Source: an uncultured Candidatus Saccharibacteria bacterium (GTDB taxonomy: Bacteria > Patescibacteriota > Saccharimonadia > Saccharimonadales > Saccharimonadaceae). Taken from it: a stretch of DNA of 64,000 nucleotides. Each line of letters begins with the position of its first letter. Positions within the stretch are counted from its first letter, which is position 1. Position numbers and translations under genes: made by a program. Where the stretch lies: the NCBI GenBank assembly GCA_963538065.1, contig CAUTFL010000003.1:157-64156 (forward strand), read 5' to 3'. Shown here piece by piece: positions 49,368 to 59,218 of this stretch. Under the pieces are notes generated by a model that saw only the letters and a list, made by a program, of their open reading frames with translations, made no database searches and had not been told where the DNA came from.

Positions 49368-49582
49368 CCGAATACCTCCTTTTTAAAAGTACGACCCAAA
49401 TACATTCGTAAAATGGGCTGGCCTACCTAATCCACTATTGAATTAGTTATTATATTCTATCATGTTTATGTTATTTTGTCAATGTATGTTACAGCCAAGT
49501 ATTACTTTGTCAAAAAGCACTTGTGGGGTATTGATAATATTCTTCTATGATTAGTAGTAGGAGGTAATGATACAATAGGATC

Positions 49583-50095
49583 ATGCAGCGACTTTTTACG
49601 ATTGATCTAAAAGATTATGATTTGAGTTTAGAAAAGTTTTATCGCCCGTCGGTGCGCGGGATTATTTTGGATCAAAACGGTAAGGTGGCAATGATTTATA
49701 GTGAGAAATATCATTTTTATAAATTTCCGGGTGGCGGAATCGAGGATAACGAGACGCATCTTGAAACCTTGAAACGAGAAATCAAAGAAGAGACCGGAAT
49801 GATTTTGAAGCCAGAATCAGTGCGAGAATTTGGCGAAGTTTTGCGAACACAAAAGATGCAAAAAGACGACAAAGATGTGATTTTGGTGCAATATAATTAC
49901 TATTATTTATGCGAGACTGAGAATGAAATTGGTACGCAAAGTCTGGACGATGGCGAAAAAGAGTTGGGATTTGTCTTAAAATTTGTGTCAATCGATGAGG
50001 CCATTCGGACGAATAATAATTTCCAAGGTGAACCGATTGAAAAGAATACAGTCGAGCGAGAAAATCGTATTTTGGAATTGGTGAAAAATTTATGA
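49583..50095 (+). CDS. NUDIX hydrolase
   Basis: PGGGIEDNETHLETLKREIKEETG Nudix box. Confidence 0.95.
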   Translation: MQRLFTIDLKDYDLSLEKFYRPSVRGIILDQNGKVAMIYSEKYHFYKFPGGGIEDNETHLETLKREIKEETGMILKPESVREFGEVLRTQKMQKDDKDVILVQYNYYYLCETENEIGTQSLDDGEKELGFVLKFVSIDEAIRTNNNFQGEPIEKNTVERENRILELVKNL

Positions 50096-50159
50096 CGCGA
50101 TTTTAAATTTCGGCATAAAAAATCGGCTAAGGATGCCGAAAAGTTAAAGCTCACTAGAT

Positions 50160-50237
50160 TCGCAAGTTTGCCGTTCCCTCCATGTTAAAAACATGGTACG
50201 TCTTCCTTGCTCGCATGGCTCGCAAGTTTGCCGTTCC
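50160..50237. repeat. 18-bp direct repeat downstream of tRNA-Ile2
   Basis: TCGCAAGTTTGCCGTTCC at 50160 and 50220. Confidence 0.85.
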
Positions 50238-50259
50238 ATAAAGTTCCACAGGAACTTTA

Positions 50260-50335
50260 TGGTGGGGGCGGTTGGGCTCGAACCAACGACCAAGCGGTTA
50301 TGAGCCGCCTGCTCTAACCCCTGAGCTACGCCCCC
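50260..50335 (-). tRNA. tRNA with CAT anticodon, probably tRNA-Ile2 (lysidine)
   Basis: GGGGGCG...CGCCCCC-A-CCA; anticodon arm GGCGG-CTCATAA-CCGCT resembles ileX. Confidence 0.88.
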
Positions 50336-50416
50336 AAGGTAGTTTTATTTTATCATAAAATGCTATAATAGGGGAAAGGATTAGGGTGGCACCAGATATT
50401 CTTGAGAATTCTAATT

Positions 50417-50863
50417 ATGAAAACAAATAACAAAATTCAACTACATCTGAAACTTAATCAGTTGCGTTACTGGGTGAAGCACTCTTTGTTTAGTAAAGAG
50501 CGAATTATGTTTTTGTTGCTGCCGACGATGTTTGTATTTTTGCTTTATTTTTCCGTGCAATCAATTACAAAAAATTGGAACCTGCAACAGACTTTGAATA
50601 CGAAGTTGCAAGAAAAACAACTAATGGAGCTCAAAGTTTCAAACATGAAACTGGAAAACCAATACTATGCTTCCGAAGAATATCAGGAACTGATGGCACG
50701 AAAGTTACAGGATAAAAAAGCTAGCGGTGAAACTATGGTAATGCTACCGATTAATAGCGATATCGCGAAACAAAAACACGCCAATCAGAAGTTCAGTTCA
50801 AACAAACAGGAACAAGACAACTCGAATTTTCGTCAATGGATGAAATTTTTGTTTAGGATTTAA
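50417..50863 (+). CDS. FtsB/FtsL-like septum formation protein
   Basis: Single TM, coiled coil, YQELMARKL....GE.MV.LP. Confidence 0.7.
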   Translation: MKTNNKIQLHLKLNQLRYWVKHSLFSKERIMFLLLPTMFVFLLYFSVQSITKNWNLQQTLNTKLQEKQLMELKVSNMKLENQYYASEEYQELMARKLQDKKASGETMVMLPINSDIAKQKHANQKFSSNKQEQDNSNFRQWMKFLFRI

Positions 50864-51309
50864 TAGTCTAAAATACGTAGTTTGCAATAAGAGCGGTTGA
50901 CTCCGAGTGTAAACATGAATAGAATTTTGCAGGCAAAAAGTATCATGATTTTAAATTGAGAAAAAACCGGCTTGGAGGGACCGGTTCTTTCAGGGAAATA
51001 TTTTGTGATATTTTTATTTTACGACCACAGGTAATTTAAGGGGCAGATTTAAAAATAAAATAAATAAATCTATTCTTACTTGGGTCGTCAAAAAGCAAAA
51101 AGAGAGATAAAAATCCAGAAACTGATAAAATAAAAAGCTCGAAGGCTTTAGGCATAATACATTCTCTCCCAAAAATTGTATTAAATTGATTATAGCACCG
51201 CATAAGCAGAATGGCGGGAGAAAATTTAGGAAATTTATGTTCAAAATATTGAAATTTGGCAGAAAAAATCCCCTAATTTGATTTAGGGGATTTTGTAATC
51301 GATTGAAGA

Positions 51310-51516
51310 TTATTTCTTCTTGGAAAGAGTCAAGAAACCGTTACGTGGGTTTTCATTGACAACGCGATCTTCTGGAAGATCAACTGGGGTACCCTTAGGG
51401 TTGTTCTCAGTCTTGGTGAAGAAATAGATAGTTTGTGGCTTGCCACCGCGAAGGGTTACTTCTGACTTGTGTAGGTAGTAGGTAATTCCCTTGCTGTTTT
51501 TATGACTATAGGCCAT
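51310..51516 (-). CDS. Small basic hypothetical protein
   Basis: 68 aa, AGGAGG RBS, terminator hairpin at 51264-51294. Confidence 0.85.
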   Translation of the reverse strand: MAYSHKNSKGITYYLHKSEVTLRGGKPQTIYFFTKTENNPKGTPVDLPEDRVVNENPRNGFLTLSKKK

Positions 51517-51665
51517 TTGTCCTCCTTTAAATAAGTATAGTTTTATATTAGATTAGATAAAGATAAGTGTCAAGAGATTTTATGGGGGTGAAATAGGGGT
51601 GGGAAAACTTTTATGCTTTTAACAGGGGTGGTAATCTGGAAAGTTGGCAAGATTATTTTAAGGAA

Positions 51666-52418
51666 TTATTTCAAAAAGAGTAAGGCGAGACGGAGGAAGG
51701 CAAAAATAATTAGTCGAATCACGATAGTAATGATGATAACGACACAAAGCAGAACCGTAATCCCAGAGAGGCTTGGGGTCCAAATCGGCGAAACAAAATC
51801 GTAGCGATAAAGCGCGGTCGGTGGTAAATCGGCTGTGAGACTAGTGGTGAGCTTATCAGTAGCCGGATAACTATTGATTATTCCAGTCATACAATTAAGG
51901 TAGCCGGGGCTATTCCAACCCCAACCATTACGAATAGCCTGCGGTTTACAGGTTTCCATGGCCTTAGCGAAAATATTGCCATTAGGATTACCGTCGGGAT
52001 TTTGACTAAGCTTGGACTCAGCTTCACGTAGGGCAACCGTGGCCTGGCGATTATATTGATGCTCCAGATAAATTGGACCAGTACCGAAGATAAGAGTGGT
52101 GTGACCGTTTTTTTCGACGAAATTCACGATGGTATGAGAAGAGCTAAAATCTCGTAGGTTTTTCAGGGCGGTGCGAATATTTTGGTCAATTTCGGCTTGT
52201 GGCAAATCAGTACCGTCGGCAGCCTTACCCTCGTCAGCTTTTTCGACCTTAGTTTTTAAATCCATCATTTTCAGATGATCAAAGCGCAAAAAAGTGGCGG
52301 AAAGAAAAAGTAATGGCAATAAACTTAAAAATAATTGCCAGGTCTTGATCTGTTTTAAGAAGGTCAAAAAGCGCTTCCTCTTGTCTTCCTGACGCTCCTG
52401 CTTCAAAACACCACCCAT
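51666..52418 (-). CDS. Hypothetical two-TM protein
   Basis: N- and C-terminal TMs; start placed at MGGVLK after a TATAAT box. Confidence 0.75.
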   Translation of the reverse strand: MGGVLKQERQEDKRKRFLTFLKQIKTWQLFLSLLPLLFLSATFLRFDHLKMMDLKTKVEKADEGKAADGTDLPQAEIDQNIRTALKNLRDFSSSHTIVNFVEKNGHTTLIFGTGPIYLEHQYNRQATVALREAESKLSQNPDGNPNGNIFAKAMETCKPQAIRNGWGWNSPGYLNCMTGIINSYPATDKLTTSLTADLPPTALYRYDFVSPIWTPSLSGITVLLCVVIIITIVIRLIIFAFLRLALLFLK

Positions 52419-52434
52419 ACTGAATTTAATTATA

Positions 52435-53721
52435 TCATAAGAACTTTTGGCGGAGCCATGGGTCGGCATCGCCGGCGGACATCAAGATAACCAGATAATT
52501 ATCGGTAAGATCTTGGCGAAGCTTGGCAAAAAGTGCATCGTCTAGCTTATCTGCGGTGCCAATTTCAGGATTATCTAACGAACTAAGAAAGTCACTAGGA
52601 GTGAGAATTTTTAGTTTAGGATCTTCGCGCGAAAGATAGGTTGGCAACCAATAAAGTTTTTCGATACCATGAAAGATATCCTGATATTCATCAAAGAATT
52701 CGTGCTGACGAATATTTTGGTGAGGCTGATAAAGAATCACCACGCCTTTTTTCTGGGTACGCCTGGCTTCCTCGAGGGCAACATTAATGGTAGCGCGAAT
52801 TTCTTCAGGATGATGCGCGTAATCGGAATAAAGTCCGTCAGCTAGGCGCTCAAAACGACGCCCAACACCTGGGAATTGATTGATCGCCTGAATAATTTCA
52901 ACATAATTAACCTCGCGACCGAGCGATTCAAGAATTCGCTGAACCGCTTTAATGGCGAGGGTGGCATCGAGACGGCGTGCTTCACCTGGCAACATTAATT
53001 CCTTGGCTGACATTAAGACTACATCGGGATGTTTGTCAGCCAGAAGTTCAGCATGGTGAAGATTAGCATGTGGGCCAAAAATGAGATACTCACTCTGAGA
53101 TTCGAATTTCAAAAAGGCTTCTTGATATTCAACTGCGGTAGCAAAAATATCGGAATGATCATAAGAAACAAAAGTAATCAGTGAGAGCCAAGGATGGAAA
53201 GCGAGGAAGTTACGGTCATATTCATCAGCTTCATAAAGTAAAAATTGGTCATACTGATCATATTTGGCAGAAGGCGCAAAATTAAGAGTGGAGCCGACCA
53301 TATAAGAAGCTTTTAAGCCGAGTTTTTGGCTGAGCCAAATTAACATAGAAGTAGTAGTGGTTTTGCCATGAGTGCCGGCGACGGCCACCATTTTCAGATG
53401 ATGTTTCTCAACAAGGGTTTCAATCAATTCATCGCGTTTACTAATTTTCAGACCAAGAGCTTTGGCACGTTGATATTCAGGATGTGATTCGGTAATGGCT
53501 GAAGTATGGACATACCAATCAATCGGATTATTCTGATTAATTTCCGCCAGATAATCACCGGTTTGTGGACCGATAGCAAAGGTGATATTTTTAGCTTTTA
53601 GTTCCTTAGTAATCGGGCCTTCGTGAAGGTCGGAGCCAAAAACCTGATGTCCGGCATCATGAGCAAAAAGGGCGAGTGGCCCCATGCCAGTACCGGAAAT
53701 ACCAGAGATAAAGATGTTCAT
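52435..53721 (-). CDS. murC: UDP-N-acetylmuramate-L-alanine ligase
   Basis: GISGTGM, AGTHGKTTT, EADEYD, DH, DYAHHP, QPH. Confidence 0.93.
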   Translation of the reverse strand: MNIFISGISGTGMGPLALFAHDAGHQVFGSDLHEGPITKELKAKNITFAIGPQTGDYLAEINQNNPIDWYVHTSAITESHPEYQRAKALGLKISKRDELIETLVEKHHLKMVAVAGTHGKTTTTSMLIWLSQKLGLKASYMVGSTLNFAPSAKYDQYDQFLLYEADEYDRNFLAFHPWLSLITFVSYDHSDIFATAVEYQEAFLKFESQSEYLIFGPHANLHHAELLADKHPDVVLMSAKELMLPGEARRLDATLAIKAVQRILESLGREVNYVEIIQAINQFPGVGRRFERLADGLYSDYAHHPEEIRATINVALEEARRTQKKGVVILYQPHQNIRQHEFFDEYQDIFHGIEKLYWLPTYLSREDPKLKILTPSDFLSSLDNPEIGTADKLDDALFAKLRQDLTDNYLVILMSAGDADPWLRQKFL

Positions 53722-54158
53722 AATTTTTTCCTAAAGAAGTTAGTATCGTAAATTTCGGCACCGTGAGTCTTGTAAAAATTCTGAGCTACTTCACGACCAT
53801 GACCACAGGTGAATTCAAGATTTTTGCAGCCTTTTTCCCTAGCCCAATCTTCATAGGCTTGGAAAATTAAATCTCCCACACCTTTACCACGAGCGGCACT
53901 ATCCACCACAAAATCTTCGAGATAAGCATTCTTATAAATTCCTGCACCAAAAGTCACAGAGACCGAAGCCATACCGAGAATCTGTCCATCTTCCACGGCA
54001 AAAATGAGATCATGATATGGAGACTGAGTGATTTCCGTGAACCAGTCCGGACTAATCTCACCCTTGTCCTTGCCACTACGAGAAAGTTGAATCAGAAGTT
54101 CCCGCACGCGCGTGGCGATTTCTGGTTGATACTGTTTAAGACGTTCAATTTTAACCAT
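53718..54158 (-). CDS. GNAT acetyltransferase
   Basis: LEDFVVDSAARGKGVG, AQNFY. Confidence 0.92.
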   Translation of the reverse strand: MVKIERLKQYQPEIATRVRELLIQLSRSGKDKGEISPDWFTEITQSPYHDLIFAVEDGQILGMASVSVTFGAGIYKNAYLEDFVVDSAARGKGVGDLIFQAYEDWAREKGCKNLEFTCGHGREVAQNFYKTHGAEIYDTNFFRKKL

Positions 54159-54170
54159 AATTCCCTTTCT

Positions 54171-55766
54171 TTATTCAAATACGGTTTCAGTGAGGCGCTC
54201 AGCAATAGCGTCGGCAGTTTTTTGGATAGCTTCTGCGTCGTCGCCCCAGATAGTAATGCGCACCAAATCTTCAGTGCCGGAGGCGCGAATATTGATTGAC
54301 CATCCGGCAGGAAGATTGGCGGTTTCAGTGGCAATAAATTTCTCAGCAGTTTCCGTGAGATTACGAAAAGCTTGCTTGGTCTGATTATCGACTGGTTGGT
54401 TCTTGATGGTTTGTGGGAGTTTTTGGAAATTTTGACAAAGGGTAGTTAGGGTCGGCAGGGTGCGTCCGGAGTTTTCGAAGGCTTTACCAGTTTTTTCATC
54501 CTGAATAGTCTGATAGTTCGTAAGTAAGGTATCTTCGTTCTGGAATTTTTCACGAGCTTCGGAAAGAATCTTAGTGATTACGAGCGCAGTAAGCACACCA
54601 TCGCCCATTGGTTCACCGGGCAGAATAATATGCCCACTCTGTTCGCCACCCAAAAGGATACCATCTTCACGCATTTTAGCGGAAACATTTTGATCCCCGA
54701 CATCAGTCATGGCGATTTTAATACCAGTTTTTTCCGCCCAACGCAGCAAGCCTTTGTTGGCCATAATCGTAACGCAGACTTCTGGCACGGCTAGATAATT
54801 TGCCAAAATCACAATCATATCATCACCATCGATAATCTGACCGTCGTGATCAATCATCAAACAGCGGTCGCCATCACCATCAAAGGCCGCACCAAAATCG
54901 AGTTGTTTTTTCTCCACTAATTGAATGAGCGATTCAAGATGAGTACTACCACAGCCAGCATTAATTTTTTCACCGAAACTAGCGTCCTCGTGGATAGCAA
55001 TAACTTCGGCACCGAGTTCTTCAAAAATTTGCTTGGCAGTAACAGAGGTGGCGCCACAAGCGAGATCAAGACCGATGCGTAACCCAGAAAAATCTGGTTT
55101 CTGGCGCACTGAAGTGGTAGCTGGACCAAATTGGGCGAGATAAGTGCGGAGATGGTCAAGATAGCGCGAAAGAGCGTCTTCATGAAGATCTTCACGAAAT
55201 TCCGGACTATGCACATCGAAACCAGATTCATTTTCCAGGGCATTTTCGATCGCATTGACACCGGACTGCGAAAGTTTAATACCGTAAGGATATTTTTTCA
55301 CCAAATGAGAAAGATTTTCACCGGAATCATTAGTGCCAGTACCAGAAAAAGCCACACCGCCTGGCATGGTAGCCTCGAGCCCGCCAATCGTATCACCGCG
55401 TTCGAAAATTTTAATACCATTATCAGTGTAGGGGTTATGCGAAGCGGTAATATCAATGGCCAGATCATAACCCATTTCATAAAAAGCGTAATTAATCGCT
55501 GGGGTCGGTAGAACACCCACCGTACCGTGATCGATGCCAACAGTTTCGAGAGCTTCCTCAAAATAACGAATCATCCACTCAGTGGATTCACGCGTATCGC
55601 CACCAATTAAGACCCGAGCTGGACGTTCGAGTCCACTTTCATCTTCTTTTGCATTACCTAAATAACGGACAATACCGAGAGTAACCGCTTGAATAAAGCC
55701 AGGGGTAAAAGCTTCTGCCTTTTGTCTAATACCGTCAGTACCGAAATATTTGATTTTACCTTTCAT
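54171..55766 (-). CDS. glmM: Phosphoglucosamine mutase
   Basis: YFGTDGIR, TASHNP, FDGDGDR, GGEQSGH, RASGTE. Confidence 0.9.
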   Translation of the reverse strand: MKGKIKYFGTDGIRQKAEAFTPGFIQAVTLGIVRYLGNAKEDESGLERPARVLIGGDTRESTEWMIRYFEEALETVGIDHGTVGVLPTPAINYAFYEMGYDLAIDITASHNPYTDNGIKIFERGDTIGGLEATMPGGVAFSGTGTNDSGENLSHLVKKYPYGIKLSQSGVNAIENALENESGFDVHSPEFREDLHEDALSRYLDHLRTYLAQFGPATTSVRQKPDFSGLRIGLDLACGATSVTAKQIFEELGAEVIAIHEDASFGEKINAGCGSTHLESLIQLVEKKQLDFGAAFDGDGDRCLMIDHDGQIIDGDDMIVILANYLAVPEVCVTIMANKGLLRWAEKTGIKIAMTDVGDQNVSAKMREDGILLGGEQSGHIILPGEPMGDGVLTALVITKILSEAREKFQNEDTLLTNYQTIQDEKTGKAFENSGRTLPTLTTLCQNFQKLPQTIKNQPVDNQTKQAFRNLTETAEKFIATETANLPAGWSINIRASGTEDLVRITIWGDDAEAIQKTADAIAERLTETVFE

Positions 55767-55823
55767 AACACTCCATTTTCAACTAGTTTCTATTATACAT
55801 CTTGGAGGTAAGCGGCGCAAAGA

Positions 55824-56606
55824 TTAGTGCTTAGACAGAAGCATCATATACTCGATAACTTTTAGAACATCTTCTTCGGTGCTACCACGCGAGAGGTCGG
55901 AAATTGGCGCATTAAAGCCCTGAAGAATCGGTCCGGCAGCCGTAAAACCACCGAATTGTTCCATGGCCTTATAGAGGATATTACCAGTATTAAGATCCGG
56001 CACAATCAAAGTATTAGCGAAGCCAGCGACTGGAGAATCTGGGGCTTTTTTCTGACCGATGCGCGGGTTAATGGCGGCATCGAGTTGTAATTCGCCATCG
56101 ACTAAGAGTTCCGGGTGAGAAATTTTCAGTTTGGCGATGGTTTCTTGGATCAAATCAATGGTCTCGTCGCGACCACCGGAACCCTTGGTGGAAAAACTAA
56201 GGAAGGCAACCTTCGAGACAGGGAAAATTTTACTAGCGGTTTCGACGGTCTGCACGGCAATATCATAAAGTTGATCAGGGGTAGGATGTTTACAGGCAGC
56301 CGCATCAGCAAGTACATAGGTTTCATTTTCGTGCTCCAGGATGAAACTAGCGGAAAAAGTCGGCTTTAAGAGATTTCGTGGATTTTTCACCCCGATGAGA
56401 TCACGGCAAGCCAAAATCACATCACGTGAGGAATAATCAATGCCAGCAATTAGAGAATCGGCGAGCTGATTTTTCACCGCAAGACAGGCGTGCTCGAGAG
56501 AATCGGCACCGACTAGCTCAAAATCAGGAAATTTTTCGCGAGCTTTTTCGATGGCAGATTTAATAATGGGATTTTCTAATTCGGGGAAGACGATGCGTGT
56601 TTTCAT
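55824..56606 (-). CDS. pta: Phosphate acetyltransferase (short form)
   Basis: RIVFPE, LSFSTKGS, DGELQLDAA, PDLNTGNI.YK, GPILQG, DLSRG. Confidence 0.9.
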   Translation of the reverse strand: MKTRIVFPELENPIIKSAIEKAREKFPDFELVGADSLEHACLAVKNQLADSLIAGIDYSSRDVILACRDLIGVKNPRNLLKPTFSASFILEHENETYVLADAAACKHPTPDQLYDIAVQTVETASKIFPVSKVAFLSFSTKGSGGRDETIDLIQETIAKLKISHPELLVDGELQLDAAINPRIGQKKAPDSPVAGFANTLIVPDLNTGNILYKAMEQFGGFTAAGPILQGFNAPISDLSRGSTEEDVLKVIEYMMLLSKH

Positions 56607-56698
56607 GTTCTAATTATAACGAAGAAATGAAAAAAGAGGCTAAAACTTAGCCTCTTTTAGAAGTTATTTACTGCTTAAATTTTGTCATTTTGAAATTT

Positions 56699-57406
56699 TT
56701 AGCCGACATTGCAGCTAGGTTCGCGGCGGTAGGACACATCATAATCATCCTCATTTTTAATAGCGGTGATATGACCATGATTAATGCCGTCTGGATGCCA
56801 TTGACCACCATAATAGAGGTCAATTCGGCCCTGCCTAGATACCAGCTTAAAGTCGCTACTCGTGGGTACTCCCATCAGATGGAGCAACTTATCGAGATAA
56901 GACTTAATTCTAATATCTTCCGAGGAAGTTAGGCTTTCGATGAAGCTTTTCTTCTTCTGATAGATAGCGTCTTTCTCGCTATATTCCTCCTTTCGTTGGG
57001 AAAAGATTTTTTCCCAAGTAATTTTTTCTTGCTTAGTCTCCTCAAACTCATCCCTAATCCTGCAGAGTTGGGGGTGTAGCTTGGGGTTGTAATAAGCATT
57101 CTTCTCGCTGATCAGCTGATTTTTTTTCTTGATAAGATCAAGATGTTCCTTTTTTAGATCCTGATTAGCTGGGTCCTGTTTTTGAGATTCGAAATTCTGT
57201 TGGATCTGAGTGATAATTTGCCCGGTTTCATCGTAAAGCTTTGCAACTTCATCTCCGCCAAAATCGCTCATCATTTTCCTTAGTTTTTCGATCTCGGTGT
57301 TAGCTTCCTTACACTTCTTCTCGGCTTCGTCCATCAATCTTTTCGCAGATTTGACTTCCTGAAGCAGAGCATCAAGCTCGATTTTCTCTTCCGCTAGAGA
57401 TTTCAT
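56699..57406 (-). CDS. Coiled-coil protein with a C-terminal PDG-x-x-HGH domain
   Basis: Heptad-rich N-terminus; DLYYGGQWHPDGINHGH; GGAGG RBS. Confidence 0.78.
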   Translation of the reverse strand: MKSLAEEKIELDALLQEVKSAKRLMDEAEKKCKEANTEIEKLRKMMSDFGGDEVAKLYDETGQIITQIQQNFESQKQDPANQDLKKEHLDLIKKKNQLISEKNAYYNPKLHPQLCRIRDEFEETKQEKITWEKIFSQRKEEYSEKDAIYQKKKSFIESLTSSEDIRIKSYLDKLLHLMGVPTSSDFKLVSRQGRIDLYYGGQWHPDGINHGHITAIKNEDDYDVSYRREPSCNVG

Positions 57407-57524
57407 GACTCCACCTCCCTTTCTTGCGAGTCAATAAGTAACAAATAAGCATATAAAACTCCTTGTCAAAGAACTAGCCGTAGCCAATTTGTCACTAGAG
57501 TAACACAGGTATTATATCATATTT

Positions 57525-59126
57525 TTATAAAAATTCAAAATTTTTGGCAAAAAGTGCTGGGTAGAGGATTGGAACTAAGTAAATATGCAAGGCATTGGGG
57601 AGGCCAGAGAAGAAACAAACAGAGGCGGCATAAGCTAAAATTAGAGAGGCAAAATAGAGTTTGGCCGGGGTAATACTAGAGATTAGACTAGTGAAGTTAG
57701 ATTTTTTCATGGATTGCTTGGAGGATCGTTTAAAGGATTGTTCTATGGAATTTTGGCGAGAATAACAGAGATAAAATACGCAAGTACCACTACAGAAAAT
57801 AATCAAGATACCGATAAAACCGGTCTCAACTAGGATGGCAATATATTCGTTTTGAGTAATTTCTTTAGTGGAGCCAAGTTCCGGAAATGCTTGATAGAGA
57901 GCAACACCAGAGGACCCGAGGCCAGAACCAAAAAAGAATTGTCCCGGGTGGCTAAAAGCGAGGCGTAAACCCATCTGTGAGAGCTTGACACGAATGTCGG
58001 TTGATTCTGTAATATAACCATCGAAGAGCGGGGCGTTTGAGGTGGAATTAGCACTAGAATGAGCACTAGCATTAGTATTAGTATTGTCGTTAGGTGAGAG
58101 ATTAGACGATCCATTCGAGGTGGTTGAAGGATTTTTAGCTTCGGGAAGAGGAATCTTGATGCGGCCGAGCGTCATCTGACTAAGTGAACGACTAACTCCA
58201 CCGATAAACGTATCAGAGGTAGGACCGAATTCCGACATTAAACCTTGAATAAGCGTAACGAAAATTAGAGGGAATAAGATCAGTGAGATGATTTTCGAGG
58301 CGACAAGAAGTTTCTTTTTGGTGTGAAATATTTCATAAAGAAAAATTACTGCGACAGCCAGGAAGAAGGAGTAGGTGGCACCCCTTGAAAAAATTAAGAA
58401 AAGTGTTGAAATAATAAAACCAGCTAGCACGAGATATAGGATTTTAATTTGACGAGTTTGATGGTTTTTAGGATGAATTACCTTAAAAACCAGGAAGATG
58501 GCCGGAGCGAGTAAGAGGTTACCCATAAACTGCGGTTCAATAGCAAAACCATTGGGGTGAGGAAAGCCAAAAGAGAGATTAGTGCAACCAAGACAGAGTA
58601 AAATCTGGTCGCCGGGAATATTAAGGGTATTCAAAATGGCTTGTAACCAACAAAAACCGGAAGCCAAGGTAGCACCCAAAAGAAAGGGCTTTTCGAGTGA
58701 GAGGGGTATCTTTTTTAATATAATATTTTTATAAAAAGTCAAGAGGGAAAGATAGAGACACCAGATGATACCAGCGGTCATGAGGCCGCGGAGTTTATTG
58801 GGACTCCAGAGAAGAGTGAGCGAAAAATAGAGTGGAATACTACTTAAAATCAGGGGAATCTGCACGGGGACTTTAGTGAGTGGAGTTTTTTTCGTAATGA
58901 GATTACAGAGATCGACGAGGAAATTTGGCATCGATAAAACACCCATCAAAAGCAACCACAACAGAGGTAGGGAAAATTCGTAATTGGAAGATTCGGTAGA
59001 AAAAAGTGGGATGACTGGATAGTAGGAAAAGAAGAGAATAATAGGTAGTGCCCATAAAAGACTGCGGTGGACGGGGAGGAGTTTTTGATTTATATCTTCA
59101 AGTTTGGTTTGGAGGTTTTTTAGCAT
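57525..59126 (-). CDS. O-antigen ligase/polymerase-like membrane protein
   Basis: GFAIEP, FSRGA, FFGSGLG, QNEYIAILVETG; many TMs. Confidence 0.85.
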   Translation of the reverse strand: MLKNLQTKLEDINQKLLPVHRSLLWALPIILFFSYYPVIPLFSTESSNYEFSLPLLWLLLMGVLSMPNFLVDLCNLITKKTPLTKVPVQIPLILSSIPLYFSLTLLWSPNKLRGLMTAGIIWCLYLSLLTFYKNIILKKIPLSLEKPFLLGATLASGFCWLQAILNTLNIPGDQILLCLGCTNLSFGFPHPNGFAIEPQFMGNLLLAPAIFLVFKVIHPKNHQTRQIKILYLVLAGFIISTLFLIFSRGATYSFFLAVAVIFLYEIFHTKKKLLVASKIISLILFPLIFVTLIQGLMSEFGPTSDTFIGGVSRSLSQMTLGRIKIPLPEAKNPSTTSNGSSNLSPNDNTNTNASAHSSANSTSNAPLFDGYITESTDIRVKLSQMGLRLAFSHPGQFFFGSGLGSSGVALYQAFPELGSTKEITQNEYIAILVETGFIGILIIFCSGTCVFYLCYSRQNSIEQSFKRSSKQSMKKSNFTSLISSITPAKLYFASLILAYAASVCFFSGLPNALHIYLVPILYPALFAKNFEFL

Positions 59127-59218
59127 AAGATTCGCCTGTAAAATTATGATTTTAGTTTGGATTCTTGCGTCTTTTTCGACATTTAGAGTTTTTGGAAGTT
59201 TTAAGTGTTTCTAGGAGC

